DNA of 62,958 bases, filler included, from Dugesia japonica (taxonomy: Eukaryota): NCBI GenBank assembly GCA_001938525.1. It is 6 parts of 6 records of this genome, joined end to end, with 100 filler letters (N's around TTAATTAATTAA, not from the genome) between each part and the next. Parts side by side here need not be neighbours in the genome. Positions count along the whole stretch, not along the records: positions 21,638 to 31,076 come from MQRL01609363.1; positions 31,177 to 39,719 come from MQRL01594548.1; 4 more parts are not named here. One strand, 5' to 3'. Shown piece by piece: positions 26,052 through 39,400 of this stretch. The translations under genes were made by a program, and so were the position numbers. The stretch's first letter is position 1. The number at the start of each line of letters is the position of its first letter. The notes under the pieces were generated by a model. That model ran no database searches. It had not been told where the DNA came from and saw only the letters and a list, made by a program, of their open reading frames with translations.

Positions 26052-26439
26052 TAATAAATAAAAATAATTAATGGTTGCGTTAATTACACTAATCTGAAAT
26101 TTGGTCAGCAAATTACTTTTTGATTTATCATATTCAAGTTATTACTATTAAAATAGAAATAATTTTGGAATTTATTTCATTTTATTGAATTTTAATTTGA
26201 TAATTTATTTTTATTATTATTATTTATATTGATTTTTGATTTTATTTAATTTACCGTGAAACCCCGAGTATTACGTTTTTGAAAAGGCTGATTAAAAAAA
26301 CCTAGATTTAGGGTTTGAAAAAAATGTAAAAAATAAACGCAAATAGCAGGAAAATGTGAATTCTTTGGTACGTATAAACGAATAATTCACTGTATGTTTA
26401 TTATAATAATAATTCTATTTTAACAATAAATGTCTTCCG

Positions 26440-26880
26440 AGAATATTACTTTCTTGGCATGTAAGTTTATCTTTCGACCAAACACGATTTTGGATGGTGA
26501 TAGGTTTGTCGAATCTTGAACTGTTGTGTTAATGCTGCATTTTACTCTAGGCGAAAGTGTCTTTCAATCTTACTCAACACATTTTCCTTTCAGTGATGTC
26601 GTAATCATATATTTCAACGTACAAATCATGTGTTCTATCAAACCGTTCGATTGATGTTGATACGCATGATGTTCAATATCATCAATATTCGAAGAATTTC
26701 AAAAACTATGATTTTTATGGTAGGTTAAAAATGTTCTATTAATATATGGAAATTCCAATGGTGTATTAATCTATTGAAAATGCAGTGGTGTATTCTTATT
26801 TGTTTGTTTGTCCACCATGATCAATTTTATTCATAGAATTTCAATAAAAATATTTAAACTCACTGGTATATGTTTGTTCG
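26440..26880 (-). pseudogene. Gypsy-like integrase remnant
   Basis: AYQHQSNGLIEHMICTLK, homologous to PYQHQSNGLAERNIRTL at ~45460. Confidence 0.55.
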
Positions 26881-27799
26881 TTTGTTTGTATGCGATGTTG
26901 AAAATTTTTAATTTTAAATTAAAGCTTTAAAACGAAAACATACAGGTGAATCTGATCAGCTAATTTTCTGAAGTAATTGATGTGCCAAATAAGGCGGGGG
27001 GTTGGTAGCGGACAAGAAGTTCTTTGGAAAACATGTAGAAAGGTAATAGGCGGAAGGCAATGATGCTGAGCAATATAAGATCTTTTAAGCAAGTCTCGAG
27101 AAAACAAACGAAAAATACAAAAATGAGGCGTCTCATAGGTGGGTGATTGATGAGAACCTATTTAGTAGATCTCATTTATATGCCAGATCGATAGTAAATA
27201 TGTATCATTTTATTCTTTCTTTTGTAAAAGTATATTTATGCATAAAACATTTAATTCAAAAAATATTCTGCAAATGATTTTTTCTTACAATTTTCTTATA
27301 TATTGTAAAGGTAATTAGGTGACATCTATCCCTCTATATTTGGATTCTCGATTATTATAAAACAAATCTAAACTCACACAACTGCTAGTTTAGCAATAAC
27401 CCATAAAGCATTTAACAGCAATATTAAAACTAGTTATTCCTAGTGCAATATTTATGTTAATATTGATTTCTCCAATGCTGCACATTGTCATTAAAACACT
27501 GTTGCAGAAAGCAACAGTTACACACTAAACACACGCACAAGCGTAGCAAACAATACAAATAATATATGCACACATTATACATGAAAAACATACAAACACA
27601 AAATAACTAACATTCAGAAACAATGAGTTCTTCAATCAATCCAATAACAGAAACCTCAAATACTCAATCCAAAATGCAATTCTAGCAAGCATCAATTCAA
27701 TCAATCAAACAATAATTTACAGACATTTACATTTTCGTCATTTCTTCCTGAAAATTATGATTTTAATTAGACTCGTTNTTTTACTGACAATACTAATTT

Positions 27800-30680
27800 A
27801 TGATTGGATTGAATTTTTTATTCTATGAATCGTTATTTATTAATAACTTTAATCTGAGTAGTGGTAAAAAGTCGGGAATGGGCACCTTTCCCCTTTTTAT
27901 ACTCAATTGTTGTCAGTCAAAGGTGATTTTCCGTAGCAATATAATGGTGATGTTCATATTTAATATCGTTTTTATACAAGAATTGATCAAGTGAAAAATC
28001 ACCGTTGGCAGTACCCCAAATGGAAAATCATTGTTTGAGTGCCAATAGTTGAGGGTAGGGGGGTGATGTGCCCATTCCCGACTTTTAAACACTACTCTGC
28101 AGCAATCTATAGTGCACTACGTAATTGTTCTTCGAGTAGTTCGTTAACATTAATTTCTTCACTTTACAACCTGGAGCGCTTCTATGTTCTACTNCAACCG
28201 GTAAATCATTCAAATAATCATGAATATCTGCTGGAATCACCATGTACACCTCTAGAGTGTATCCATATGACAATGATTCTAGGTCTGCATTTTTACACTC
28301 TTCCAAAATCCTATATAATCCATCATAAACCCTTTCAAAGTTAGAAAAGGGAAAACTTTGACAAAGTGCCCAACCATATAGATTATTAATATCTATATAC
28401 AAAAGATCAACATTTTCACTGGTGGCAACATGGTGCTTGTTAACAAATGTTAACCCTCTTCTTATACCTCCTTTGAAAAAGGTATACATATCGTTATCTT
28501 GGAGCAACTCAATTGGTTATTCCAATGACATCAACGCAGATGCGCATGACATTCCAGGTATTCCGAAAAAATTCAACCGATCCAAGTGTTGTGTGCTTAA
28601 GACTTTGCATGGAGTTGCTGGAAACAAATCAGCTAATAAATACACACCCAGCTTTAAATATACCATCATATAGTCCAGCAAATTTGTACAGTTGAATATT
28701 TCTCACATCGATCATGCTTTTCCATACTATTCCATACTAACATCCTCCCATTTTAGTTGCATTTGCTTTGTTTCTTCCAGAACCTGTAAGCTCTTTGCAT
28801 AACTGTAAGGAAATATCCCTTTTGAATTGGTAATAATCTGATTCTGAAACTCCTATGTAGTCAAAGATGTCGCTTTTAAGGATTTAACAGCAGAGTCCAA
28901 TGAGAAATATATGAATTGATAACTGTTGGTGAGATTAATTGTTGTTTTATTTTGCCGTACAATTAAACAGAAATATTTTTGATGTTGTTGGGATGCATGA
29001 TATGGCCCGATTCTTGAACTTGTTAATACCATACTTGAGGATATGATGAAGATCATATCCTCGTAAATTATGGAAGACCACTGGTAGTTGAATATGCAAT
29101 TGTCTTCTTAAATTGCATTGGTTGAATGCTGCTCCTCTATATTTCCCTGTGAAATGGTCATGGTCACGAACGATATCTCTTATTTCCTTCTTACATAAGT
29201 AACAAATTTTTTCAGATTTGAATTCTTTATCTTTTTTTTTATTTTTTTCCCTTTCGTTTTATAATAAAGAAACACAATGTTTTCGCTTATTTCCTCCATA
29301 ACCTTTAAAAACTTATACACACAATCATCTCCAATAAACTGTCTGTATTTTGTTTCGTTGGTAAAATTATTTACCAACAGCAGACCAGCCAAAACATGTA
29401 AATGTTTCGGGAAATCTTCTAGTCTGGAGGTAAAATCGACTTAAAATCCGCATATATCACAAAAGGTGGTGTTATAGTCTTTGAATAATCCTTAAAACTT
29501 AAGTTTTTCTCCAATGGCATTGTATACATTGAGGCACCTGTCTGGATATTTTACAAATAGGTTCATGCTTCTCATATGCTACTTCATTTTTGAATCCATT
29601 GAGACAGTTAGGACACCATGTTGATTGAATGCGAACACCATGTCTTTTATTATCCCAGTTCATTAGGCTATTTAGATTCATTACTGCGGTTTAATGAAAT
29701 CTGTTGTTATTTTTCAGTAATAAAAGATATATTTTCTCTCCATCTATTACTTTTGATCGGTGTATTATATCCAAATTTGGATGTTTCATGATTTTTCATT
29801 CTCCACTGATTCTTGATTCCATGATAGGACATTGTTGAATAGTCCTGAATTATTCTTCTCAAACTTTGGTATATCAATCAGTTTCATCGGCATATTCTCT
29901 TCATCATGTATTTTTTATATAATGCTACGCGGTTTTTATTCCTTTGTCTAACTTGATCACCTTTGGTGATAGCAAGAATACTGTTAATAAAACAGTAATT
30001 ATCATCATTCTTGATGTTTACAATTGCTTCTTTCCTTTTAAATCTTCCGGCGTTGGAATATAACTTTTCCTGAAAGTCCACAAATATTTGCAATCTTTGT
30101 GATTTTGAAATTAATTTCAAGTATTCTGTTCAACATCCAACTAGAGCCTAGTTCGCTTCTTATTGTTATTTTCTCGTGTAATTGTTTGATACCATCTTCA
30201 AAAAAGTTATCAGTTAATTCAACGGCTCTATTTAATATCCTACAGGTTTTAAACTCAAATTCTTCTCCATTAGCAGTTGTTGTTAATAATTTGAACTCTA
30301 CATGTATCCAAAATTGTATTTTAACTTTCTTCATTTTTTCTATTGACTGAAATACGTTGTTTACTATAGCTTCTGTTAACATTATTTCAAGACAATTCTA
30401 TTTTGATACATTTATTTTAAGTATTCTATGATAGCGATACAAATCCAATTCTATAATAACTCCATCATCCAAAGTATTATTTGTTGATCCACCAACTTGA
30501 TTATTTTCCTCTTCCATATCGATGACCTCATGTAACACAATATCTTCTTCATCAAGTTCATCAAGTGTTTCAAAACTGAACCATCATTACTTCGGTAAAG
30601 TGCGGCAGCATATTTCCAAAGCCAGTTGAGCACCTCTTCTATGGTGCAGAGCTTTGGATGTTTAACCGATTTGGATGCAG
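27800..30680 (-). pseudogene. Polinton pPolB remnant (copy 2, same subfamily as copy 1)
   Basis: N-terminal region with QVGG, GSSWMLNRILEINFKI, AIVNIKNDDNYCFINSILA, WCPNCLNGF, VRDHDHFTG, FHNLRGYDLH, KGIFPYSY, GIRRG, YIDINNLYGWAL (motif A), YVVHYRLLQ. An IHRI-like remnant lies beyond the MITE. Confidence 0.9.
27857..28096. mobile_element. 240-bp MITE with AGTAGT termini inserted in pPolB copy 2
   Basis: 29-bp TIRs AGTAGTGGTAAAAAGTCGGGAATGGGCAC / GTGCCCATTCCCGACTTTTAAACACTACT (2 mismatches). CTG on both flanks. Confidence 0.85.
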
Positions 30681-31176
30681 CAACTTTATTTTATTAAAAT
30701 TTTTATAACACTTAAACAATTGTCTTCTACAAGTCATCATAAGGAAAAGATTTAAACTTCCAAATGATCACAAAAACATCGCTTTTATTATTAATTCCAG
30801 TAAAATAGAATTCTTTCTTATCAAAATACCAGCGACTGGGGAAGTGCAGAATAATGTAACTGTTATAGAATATCCAACCGATAATCTGGATGATGAACAT
30901 TTGCTAGTACTCCAACGGTTAGCATCAAACTCTCATAACATGGCACAGTAATCAGAAAATCAATTTCAAATTACATCTGATTTTAATACTTGGAAACATT
31001 GAGATGAAATAACTTTGCAATATTTACGTAACCATGGCATTCATCAAAATATTCCCTCTGATTTTACATAAACGAANNNNNNNNNNNNNNNNNNNNNNNN
31101 NNNNNNNNNNNNNNNNNNNNTTAATTAATTAANNNNNNNNNNNNNNNNNNNNNNNNNNNNNNNNNNNNNNNNNNNN

Positions 31177-31547
31177 AAAATAAAAATCGACCCCCCTAGT
31201 TATTAAACCAAACTAATTACAAACATAAAAAGGGTAAAACCCCAACAAAATTACAATCAACAATAGGGTAATGGAAAGTTATTTAAGGATAATCGTGCAA
31301 GTTAATGTTGATTAGAAAGTTAAGCGAGTATCATGTGAACGAACCCAAACTAAAGGAATGCGAGTCTGTACTCGGGCTATGAGTCAACGGCTTCATTCCG
31401 AAGATCTGAATTTTTGGGGGACACCAGATTTAAATTCATCGCGGGGTTTTTACCAAATCAATGATCCTAGACCTGATTTTATATAGAGATGGACCCCCTA
31501 GAATTAATTACAGAAATCACCAACAAAAAAAGGGTAAAACCCCAACA
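31177..31547 (+). mobile_element. Right ends of the TGTTGGGGT...ACCCCAACA LTR-like family
   Basis: 31330-31460 is highly similar to 34700-34830. Two AAAACCCCAACA ends at 31247 and 31547. Confidence 0.65.
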
Positions 31548-32269
31548 ATAAAATAATTCAGTAAATTAATAAAGCAACACGATAATCAGAAGACAGTGTT
31601 GATATTAAATTAATATTTTAAGCAGCAGAAAATTGCTACAAAAATTTAATTAATTATTAAAATAAGTAAGGTGATTAGCAGGTAGCATTTCAGATACAAT
31701 AAGTTAGGAATAAAAATTTATAAATTAATTAATTAAAAAATATTTAACTATTTTATTAGGAAATAATTTTTCATAGAAATAAATTATTTATTTTTGCAAA
31801 AAAGCTATCACAGAAAAAATAGAGTCTTCAGTGAATGAAAAGTGGCAAATAAAAAATTTCTGATTTGAAGAAATATGTGAATCCGAAAATCCAACTTAAA
31901 CGTTAATAGCATAAACAGAGAAAAGGTTATAAGGCTTTTAAAGAATGAAACTATGAGAAGGGGCTAATGTAACACAGAAAGAAAAATGAGCCAGTCAAGA
32001 TTTCTAAACTTTGGAATCTAAGAAATTTAAAAAAACTTTATTTGGAAACACTTCTCAAATCAAGAAGATAAGATTATTAGGTTATTAGTTGCAGAAAAAA
32101 GATAATTTTTATGTTTTTTGTTGGTTTATTTTATTGTTTAATGTTATTTTTTATGTATATTTAAAAAGTTTAAATGATTATTGTCATACTGTAATAATAT
32201 TAAATTTTTTATGTGTAGAACAAATTATGGAAGCTAAATTAACAAAAAATGAAAGTTGAACGAGTTCTA

Positions 32270-32520
32270 ATGAGTGGCCGGGCAGGTTCATTCGATCGAT
32301 CAGTAGCTGTTGATTTTAATTTAAAATACACACGGAGGAACCAAATTAACCAGACAACTGTTCAGAGGCTAATAAAATGTTTTAAAGAAACAGAAAGTGT
32401 AGCATATAAGCCTTGAACAGGCGGCCCACAATTAGTAACTGATGAAGCGAATGTGACAATGGATTTGGGTGAAGTCGTAATGACTCCAAAGAAGTCTTTA
32501 CGAAAACTTATTTCTAGCTA
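32270..32520 (+). pseudogene. Mariner-family transposase N-terminal HTH fragment
   Basis: TTVQRLIKCFKETESVAYKP*TGGP...TPKKSLRKL matches the KF.ETGSV..RxGRP...SPxKSxR pattern. Confidence 0.6.
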
Positions 32521-32561
32521 GATCTGTTTTTAAGTGTACCTTATTTTTATATTGTTATCAG

Positions 32562-35260
32562 CAGGGCTTTGGAGCAGTCCAATTTTTGATCGTGCTCCGC
32601 TCCATGCTCCAAGAACAATTTATAATAAATTACACATCTACAAACGTTTTAAGAAAAGAATTTTTTTACTGTAAATTAACTAAATAAACTTTATTTTAAG
32701 TTGTTACATATATGTACTAATTACATACAAACGATATCAATTTTCGTTATTTATTCTATGAAATAAAACTACTGAGAGTAAGTCTTCTTTCATTATAATT
32801 TTCTTTCATTATTAATTTGAGAGCTGAAAACAGTCTCTCAACACTTGCTTGAGTAGTGGGCATATTGGATGCAACTCGACATGCATCTTGAATTCATTCC
32901 AAATAATTTTCAATTGCCTTGAAGACTGATTTAACTTTGAACCTACCCATGCTCTCCATGATTTCACAATCTTCATTAAAAAATCGTTCAAACTGATCTT
33001 TTAAAGAATCTATGCCTATGGCAGTTGCATAACTATTTCCTTGTCTATCTGATTCGACTGTTACTAATTGTAGTTCTTTACTGGGTTGCAATTTATTGAA
33101 ACGTCGATAAATATTTTGTTTCTCAAGCCTTTGGGCGATATTTAAGAGTCCTTCTTAAGCTTTAATTGAACTTAGTAAAATCCTATAGCGTGGATCAACA
33201 TAAACTCCAGCAAAGAAATGTGTGTTTTTAAAAAGATTCTCTTCGCGTTTTCGCTGAAGGATACCATTTCAAATGCAAATTAGACTCGTACTTTCTTCCA
33301 TAAATTTGTTGGGGTAAAATGCTTGGTACGGAAAATAAAAATGGTGTTAAGTAGACTCGAAATTATAAAGATTGTCCTAAGAAAAGAAAACGAAGTATTA
33401 AGACATAAGAAAGACATAATTCCGTTGAAGGAAGAAATAATAAAAGAGAAAACCGGATTAGGAAGCTAAAATTTATGCGATAACCAGAATAATCTAGAAT
33501 TTCAGAAGGAAACAAATCAGAAATACAAAAGCCAAAGAAGGAAAGGAGTATTAAAAGCGGTTATCAGAACAAAGAAAATAACGAATAACAATTAGTTTAT
33601 TAGACAGATTAAGAAAATCCTGTGAGTTAAAGAAATAGAAAATAAATTAAATGAATTAAATAGTGGAAGAAAATCAACGAAATTAAATTAATTCTAGACC
33701 CGAAAATAAAAATGAAAATCAAATTAATATTTTAGACGAAAATAAAATAAATAATTTATTTTTTTAAATAAAATAAATAATATGAATTAAAATGATTTAT
33801 TTTAAAGAAGAAAATTAAATTTTTTACAAAAATTAGAAAAATGAAGATTTTTCTATCAAATTAAAATTAGCATTTAAGAAAATTATAGACAAGAAAACAT
33901 CGGGGAGACCGAAAATTTCAGTTAAAAATCATAGCAAGACTAGGAAAGAAGATACAAAGGTCTGAAGGTTAACCAACCAATAAGAAGAATCTTGTGACAG
34001 AATTCAAATAAACCGACCAATAAAACAGCAAGAATGCATATTAATCAATGGAAGGAACGAGGGTTTAGAAGAAAACCGGTATAAATGCCGATGTAATTTT
34101 CATTAAAAATTGGCTTAATCAATAAAAAACTTTGTACTCATCGAAATTTTAATATTGGATCGAAATGTATCTCAAGAGGTAATTATCGGTTTTTTACAAA
34201 AAATGTGTTTTGTAACGGTTTCCGACCCCAAAACTTATGGAAAATGCATGAAGTTAAAAAACGAATTCCATTGGGTTATCAGGAAGATTTTTGTTGCTCT
34301 GTGTTGTTGCTCCGGATTGATTCGCGCTCATGTAAGTTCTGATTATTATGTAATTTTAAAATTTTGCTGTACCCTATATTAACAATATATGTTTCATTAA
34401 CAAAGTTTTGTATTATTAATTAGTTGGTTAATTTTTCTTGAATTTTAGGAAGTAATCATTTCGAAATTAAATTATCAAGGGTAATAAATTTTTAATAAGT
34501 GATTAATTAAATTTTCCAAAACCGCCAACTATTGAGTAATTCTTCCTGTAATATCAAAAAACACGTAAAAGTTGTTACTCACTAAGATTGAACCAGATAA
34601 TAAAATAAAGACTAATAAACTCCGCACAAAGTGGAGATATAAAGAATTAAGGAGTTATAAGAAAATGACTAGTAAGAATTAAGAATATCTTGAGAATCAA
34701 GCGAGTATCGTGAAGTATGAATCCGAACCAAAGGAATGCGATTCTGTTCTCGGATTCCGAGTCAACGGCTTCATTCTGAAGATCTTGATTTTTGGAGACA
34801 CCAGATTAAATTCTTCGAGGGGTTTTACTAGGCCGTTTACCCTAAACTTAATTACTAAAAATTCGACCCATCTAGATAAAACCCCAACAAATTTACTTAA
34901 ATAATTTAATAAATAAATTTAAATAAATATGTAAGTTGTCAAAATTTTTATTTTCAGCTTTCTCGACAAAAAACATACCATAACCTGAAAATTCATAAAC
35001 ACATAAAATTAAATGAAACAAAATAACATCAAAACAAAAATTAGAGTAGATTTTTAGATATGTACGCAATGTATGTATGTACTAGTTTAGTACATCTACT
35101 TAAGTACATTTAGTAAATCTATTACATAATGTATTTTTTTAATAATCTGAAGCAGTGGAGCAATCAAAATTATTGTGCTTTGATCTCCTCTCCAGCTTCG
35201 TGCAAAACCTTGTGCTCCGATGCTCCGCGCTCCAGCTCCGGGCTCTGCTCCAAAACCCTG
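32562..35260 (-). mobile_element. hAT transposon (internally deleted) with a nested LTR-like insertion
   Basis: TIRs CAGGGCTTTGGAGCAG / CTGCTCCAAAACCCTG. Perfect 8-bp TSD GTTATCAG (32554-32561, 35261-35268). GCTCC subterminal repeats. Dimerisation-domain remnant PTTQASVERLFSALK at ~32820-32865. Confidence 0.92.
33307..34889 (+). mobile_element. 1.58-kb solo-LTR-like element
   Basis: TGTTGGGGT...ACCCCAACA termini, 4-bp TSD AATT, internal CCAAT, TATAAA and AATAAA. Interrupts the hAT element. Confidence 0.8.
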
Positions 35261-35842
35261 GTTATCAGTTCCAAATATTATGTCTAAGAACATCTTACTT
35301 ATTATTTTTATTTCACATATGAATTGAATTGAATTATGAGTAAACTATGAATTTAATTTTATTATTAAATTATTTGTCTTTATCCTTTAACTATTTAATT
35401 ACTAATATTGTAATCATTTAGTTGCTAATGATGAGAGGAACACGGAATCTTCGATACAGTTGCGGGATTGAATTTAATCTGTTGATAATTAATGAACAAT
35501 GAGATGAGAATTCTGACGTATGAGTTAACATTAACATTTTCGTCCTAATCCTTAGTTAAATTTCTTCATTTTGAAAATATTTAATTTTATTTTTTTTAAA
35601 ATTAAATATTTAAACACAATGAACCTTTCTACTGTAAATGTAAACAAAAAATCATTAATTTCACTTTATTTAAACAAACAATTTAATTCCCGGTCGATTA
35701 CATAATAAATGACGCAATTATTTTCCTATCGCCTCCCATGAAAAATTCCTGAATCCGTCGTTGCATATATAGGTAGCTTATGATTATAACTAATTAATTT
35801 ATGATATATGAGTAGATAGAAATAACCCTAAATTAGGACAGG

Positions 35843-36338
35843 GTTTGGTGCAAAATGTAAAATGTCAAATTTTGGTTCAAAATTTAAAATGTCAAATTTT
35901 GGTGCAAAATGCAAAATGTCAAATTTTGGTGCAAAATGTAAAATGTCAAATTTTGGTGTAAAAATGCAAAATGTCAAATTTTGGTGTTTGGTGCAAAAAT
36001 GTCAAGTGCAAAAATGTCAAGTGCAAAAATCAAGATGCAAAAATCAAGATGCAAAAATCAAGATGCAAAAATCAAGATGCAAAAATCAAGTGCAAAAATG
36101 TCAAGTGCAAAAATCAAGTGCAAAAATGTCAAATTTTGGTGCAAAATGTAAAATGTCAAATTTCAAGTGTAAAAATGCAAAATGTCAAATTTTGGTGTTT
36201 GGTGTAAAAATCAAGATGTAAAAAATCAAAATGCAAAATCAAGATGCAAAATCAAGATATAAAACCAAGATGTAAAAATCAAGATGTAAAAATCAAGATG
36301 TAAAAATCAAGATGTAAAAATCAAGATGTAAAATGTAA
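35843..36338. repeat. Composite tandem array: 27-bp AAAATGTCAAATTTTGGTGCAAAATGT and 14-bp AAAAATCAAGATG(C/T) units
   Basis: Near-perfect units are directly visible. ORFs 35862-36221 and 35971-36207 are just translations of this array. Confidence 0.9.
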
Positions 36339-36410
36339 AAATAATTTAAGAGGAAAAAATTTAAGAGGTATGATTAAATTTTTTATAATAAAAAAAGAAG
36401 AAAATAAAAA

Positions 36411-39400
36411 ATGCCTCCATTAAGATGTCCTAATTGTGATAAACCATTTAAAAATAAACGTGGATTAAATTCACATATTCAATCTAAAAATTTTTTTGCT
36501 TTAGATCCAAATGATTATATATTTTGTGGAATGTGGGATAAAAAATTTAAAACTCAAACCGCTTTAAATATACACAAGACTAAAACTAAATGTGGTAGCA
36601 TTGATTTATATTGTGAACTTTGTGATAAACATTTAGCAAATAAAGAATTATTAAATGAACATATGCGAAGTGAAAAACATATGAAAATAGTTATGAGATT
36701 AATAAAAAATTTTAAAACAAGACCAAAACATATTAAAGAAGTGTTCACAAAAGAATTATATCCACATTATAATATTAATATATTTTTAAATAGTAGATTA
36801 CAAATGACAAGAAATGTTCAAAGATATAATTTATCAACACTTGATAGGACTAAACCAGGATTGGAAAAAATTATTAGAAAGTTTTTTACATTAGGTCATA
36901 AATTTAAAATTAGAATGGGAGTTAATTGTCAATATAGTAAAGAAGGAAAAATAGCTACGTTTTATTCTTACACTACTAATAGAAAANNNNNNNNNNNNNC
37001 TTCAATACCTAAAAAACTAAATCAAATGTTAGAAGAAGTAGAAAGATATATTCGTGATAAAGATCGAAAAGAATCTAATTGGAACATGGATCTTATAATT
37101 GATTTTAAAATAGAATTAAAAAATATCAATCATTAGTTGGAGCAACATATTGCAAATTACCATTTAAAAAATATGGAGTTATTAATATTGAAAATCATGA
37201 TGATAAATGTTTATTATATTCAGTTCTTGCACATAAACATGTTTTACCACATGCAACACGTGTAGGAAATTATATTCCATATTTACCAGAATTAAATATA
37301 ACAGGAGTGGTCTTTCCATCAGGAAATTAGAAAAGTTAAATAACTTTAAAATAAATGTTTTTGAATTAAATGCACCAATTCGTATTTCACATTTTGATGT
37401 AAAACCAAATCCTGAAGANNNNNNNNNNNNNNNNNNNNNNNNNNNNNNNNNNNNNNNNNNNNNNNNNNNNNNNNNNNNNNNNNNNNNNNNNNNNNNNNNN
37501 NNNNNNNNNNNNNNNNNNNNNNNNNNNNNNNNNNNNNNNNNNNNNNNNNNNNNNNNNNNNNNNNNNNNNNNNNNNNNNNNNNNNNNNNNNNNNNNNNNNN
37601 NNNNNNNNNNNNNNNNNNNNNNNNNNNNNNAATAATTATTTTAAAAATAAAATACCATTTGTAATGTATTGTGATTTTGAATGTTACACAAAAGAAAATG
37701 ATATAGAAGAACCAATAAGTTTAGGAATATATTTAAAATCAGATTATCAAAATTTATTTGAAAGTAAATATTATCAATTCTTAGGAGAAAATGTAGTTAA
37801 TGATTTTATAAAGTTTCTTGAAGATGTTAATAAAAAATTTAAAGATGTTATTTTTAAAAGGTTACAAAAAGAATTTACAGGAATATGTCCAGAATTTATA
37901 CCTAACACAAATTGTTATTATTGTGAAAAACCAATAACAGAAAATCCAATTAAAGATCATAATCATTTTAATGGAGAATTTCGTTGCTATGCACATTCAA
38001 ATTGTAATCTTCAAGATAAAAGTAAAAGAAACTTATTTATACCATGTTACTTTCATAATGCAATGGGTTATGATAATCATTTATTCTTTAAACAACTTTT
38101 AAGAAAACATCCAAAAGAAATAAAGAAAATAATTCCACATTCTGATGATCGATATATTTCATTTCAATATAAGAATATTAGATTTCTAGATTCTTTTAAA
38201 ATATGTAAATCATCAGTTGAGAAAATGGGTGAAACACTAAGTAAATCAGGAAATCATGAAATATTAACATCTTACAATTTAAGACCTAAAAAAGCCCATT
38301 TTCCATATGATTATGTAAAAGGAAATAATATTAAAAAAGTAATGCAATTGTTAAAATCAAATAGAATGCCAACACAAAATGATTTCTTTAGTATATTAAA
38401 ACAAAAAGGAATATCTAACACAGAACATGATGAATTTTTAATAGACTATTTAGATTTTAATAATCTTTGGGATTACATGTTACACTACATGAAATTAGAT
38501 GTATTAATTCTAGCAGATTATGTAGAAAACTTTAGAAATATTTGTTTAAACTTTTATAAAATAGATCCAAGTTATTGTTATTCAGCATCAGGTTTAACAT
38601 GGCAAGCTGGAATGAGATTTACAAAACAAGAAACTTATGATACATTTTTAAAATTTGAACGTGGAGTTAGAGGTGGATATTCTGGTGAAGAAGGTGAACG
38701 TCAAGTATTTTCACATGATAAAATTAAAGAACCATATACTAGACAATTAAATATTGCAGAGTATGAAGATATCTTAAAAATGTTTAATGAACATGAATTT
38801 CTTCCAGATCAATATATTAATGATTTAATGGAAGATAGATTTATAAAATATTTAGATGCAAATTCTTTATATGCAAGTTGTATGACAAAACCATTACCAA
38901 CAGGTGAATTTATCGAATGTAACGAGCTAACATATGAAACGTCAACAGATGAAATGAATTATCTTTATGAAGTTGATTTAGATTATCCACCAAAATTACA
39001 TGATAGAACTAAATATTTTCTATTAGCACCTGACAGAATACTTATTACAGATGATATGTTAAGTAATTATCAAAAATCATTTAATAAAAAATTATCAGAT
39101 AAAAATATTAAATTAACAATGAATCAGCTTGATAAGAAAAATTATATTATACTTGGATCAACATTAGATTTATATTTAAGTTTAGGAATGGAATTAAAAA
39201 AGATTCANNNNNNNNNNNNNNNNNNNNNNNNNNNNNNNNNNNNNNNNNNNNNNNNNNNNNNNNNNNNNNNNNNNNNNNNNNNNNNNNNNNNNNNNNNNNN
39301 NNNNNNNNNNNNNNNNNNNNNNNNNNNNNNNNNNATGGTAAAACATTAGAAAATATTAGAAATAGATGTAATGTGTTTATTGTAGGAACTGATAAAGAAT

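Noticed and set aside
26440-26880. Polinton integrase for the adjacent pPolB copy 2
   Set aside because: The YQHQSNG signature matches the Gypsy integrases in this window rather than the Polinton type.
27321-27340. Extra Polinton termini (CTATCCCTCTAT here; CATCTATATTCTACT at ~62935-62949)
   Set aside because: Imperfect ends with no alignable subterminal sequence or partner.
34755-34825. Hammerhead ribozyme (CTGAAGA core)
   Set aside because: No GAAA after stem II, and the homologue at ~31397 has CCGAAGA.
35045-35100. Tiny AGTAGAT...ATCTACT element
   Set aside because: Only 7 bp of inverted match and no TSD.
35425-35462. Penelope-type minimal hammerhead (ATGATGAGAG...CTTCGATAC)
   Set aside because: Both core boxes are mutated and no supporting Penelope sequence was recognised.
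35862-36221. Repetitive Cys/Lys-rich ORFs (MSNFGAKCK...)
   Set aside because: They are translations of the tandem array, open in more than one frame, with no independent coding evidence.
35843-36338. CRISPR-like array (also 13500-13815)
   Set aside because: Units are contiguous with no unique spacers, there are no cas genes, and the context is eukaryotic.
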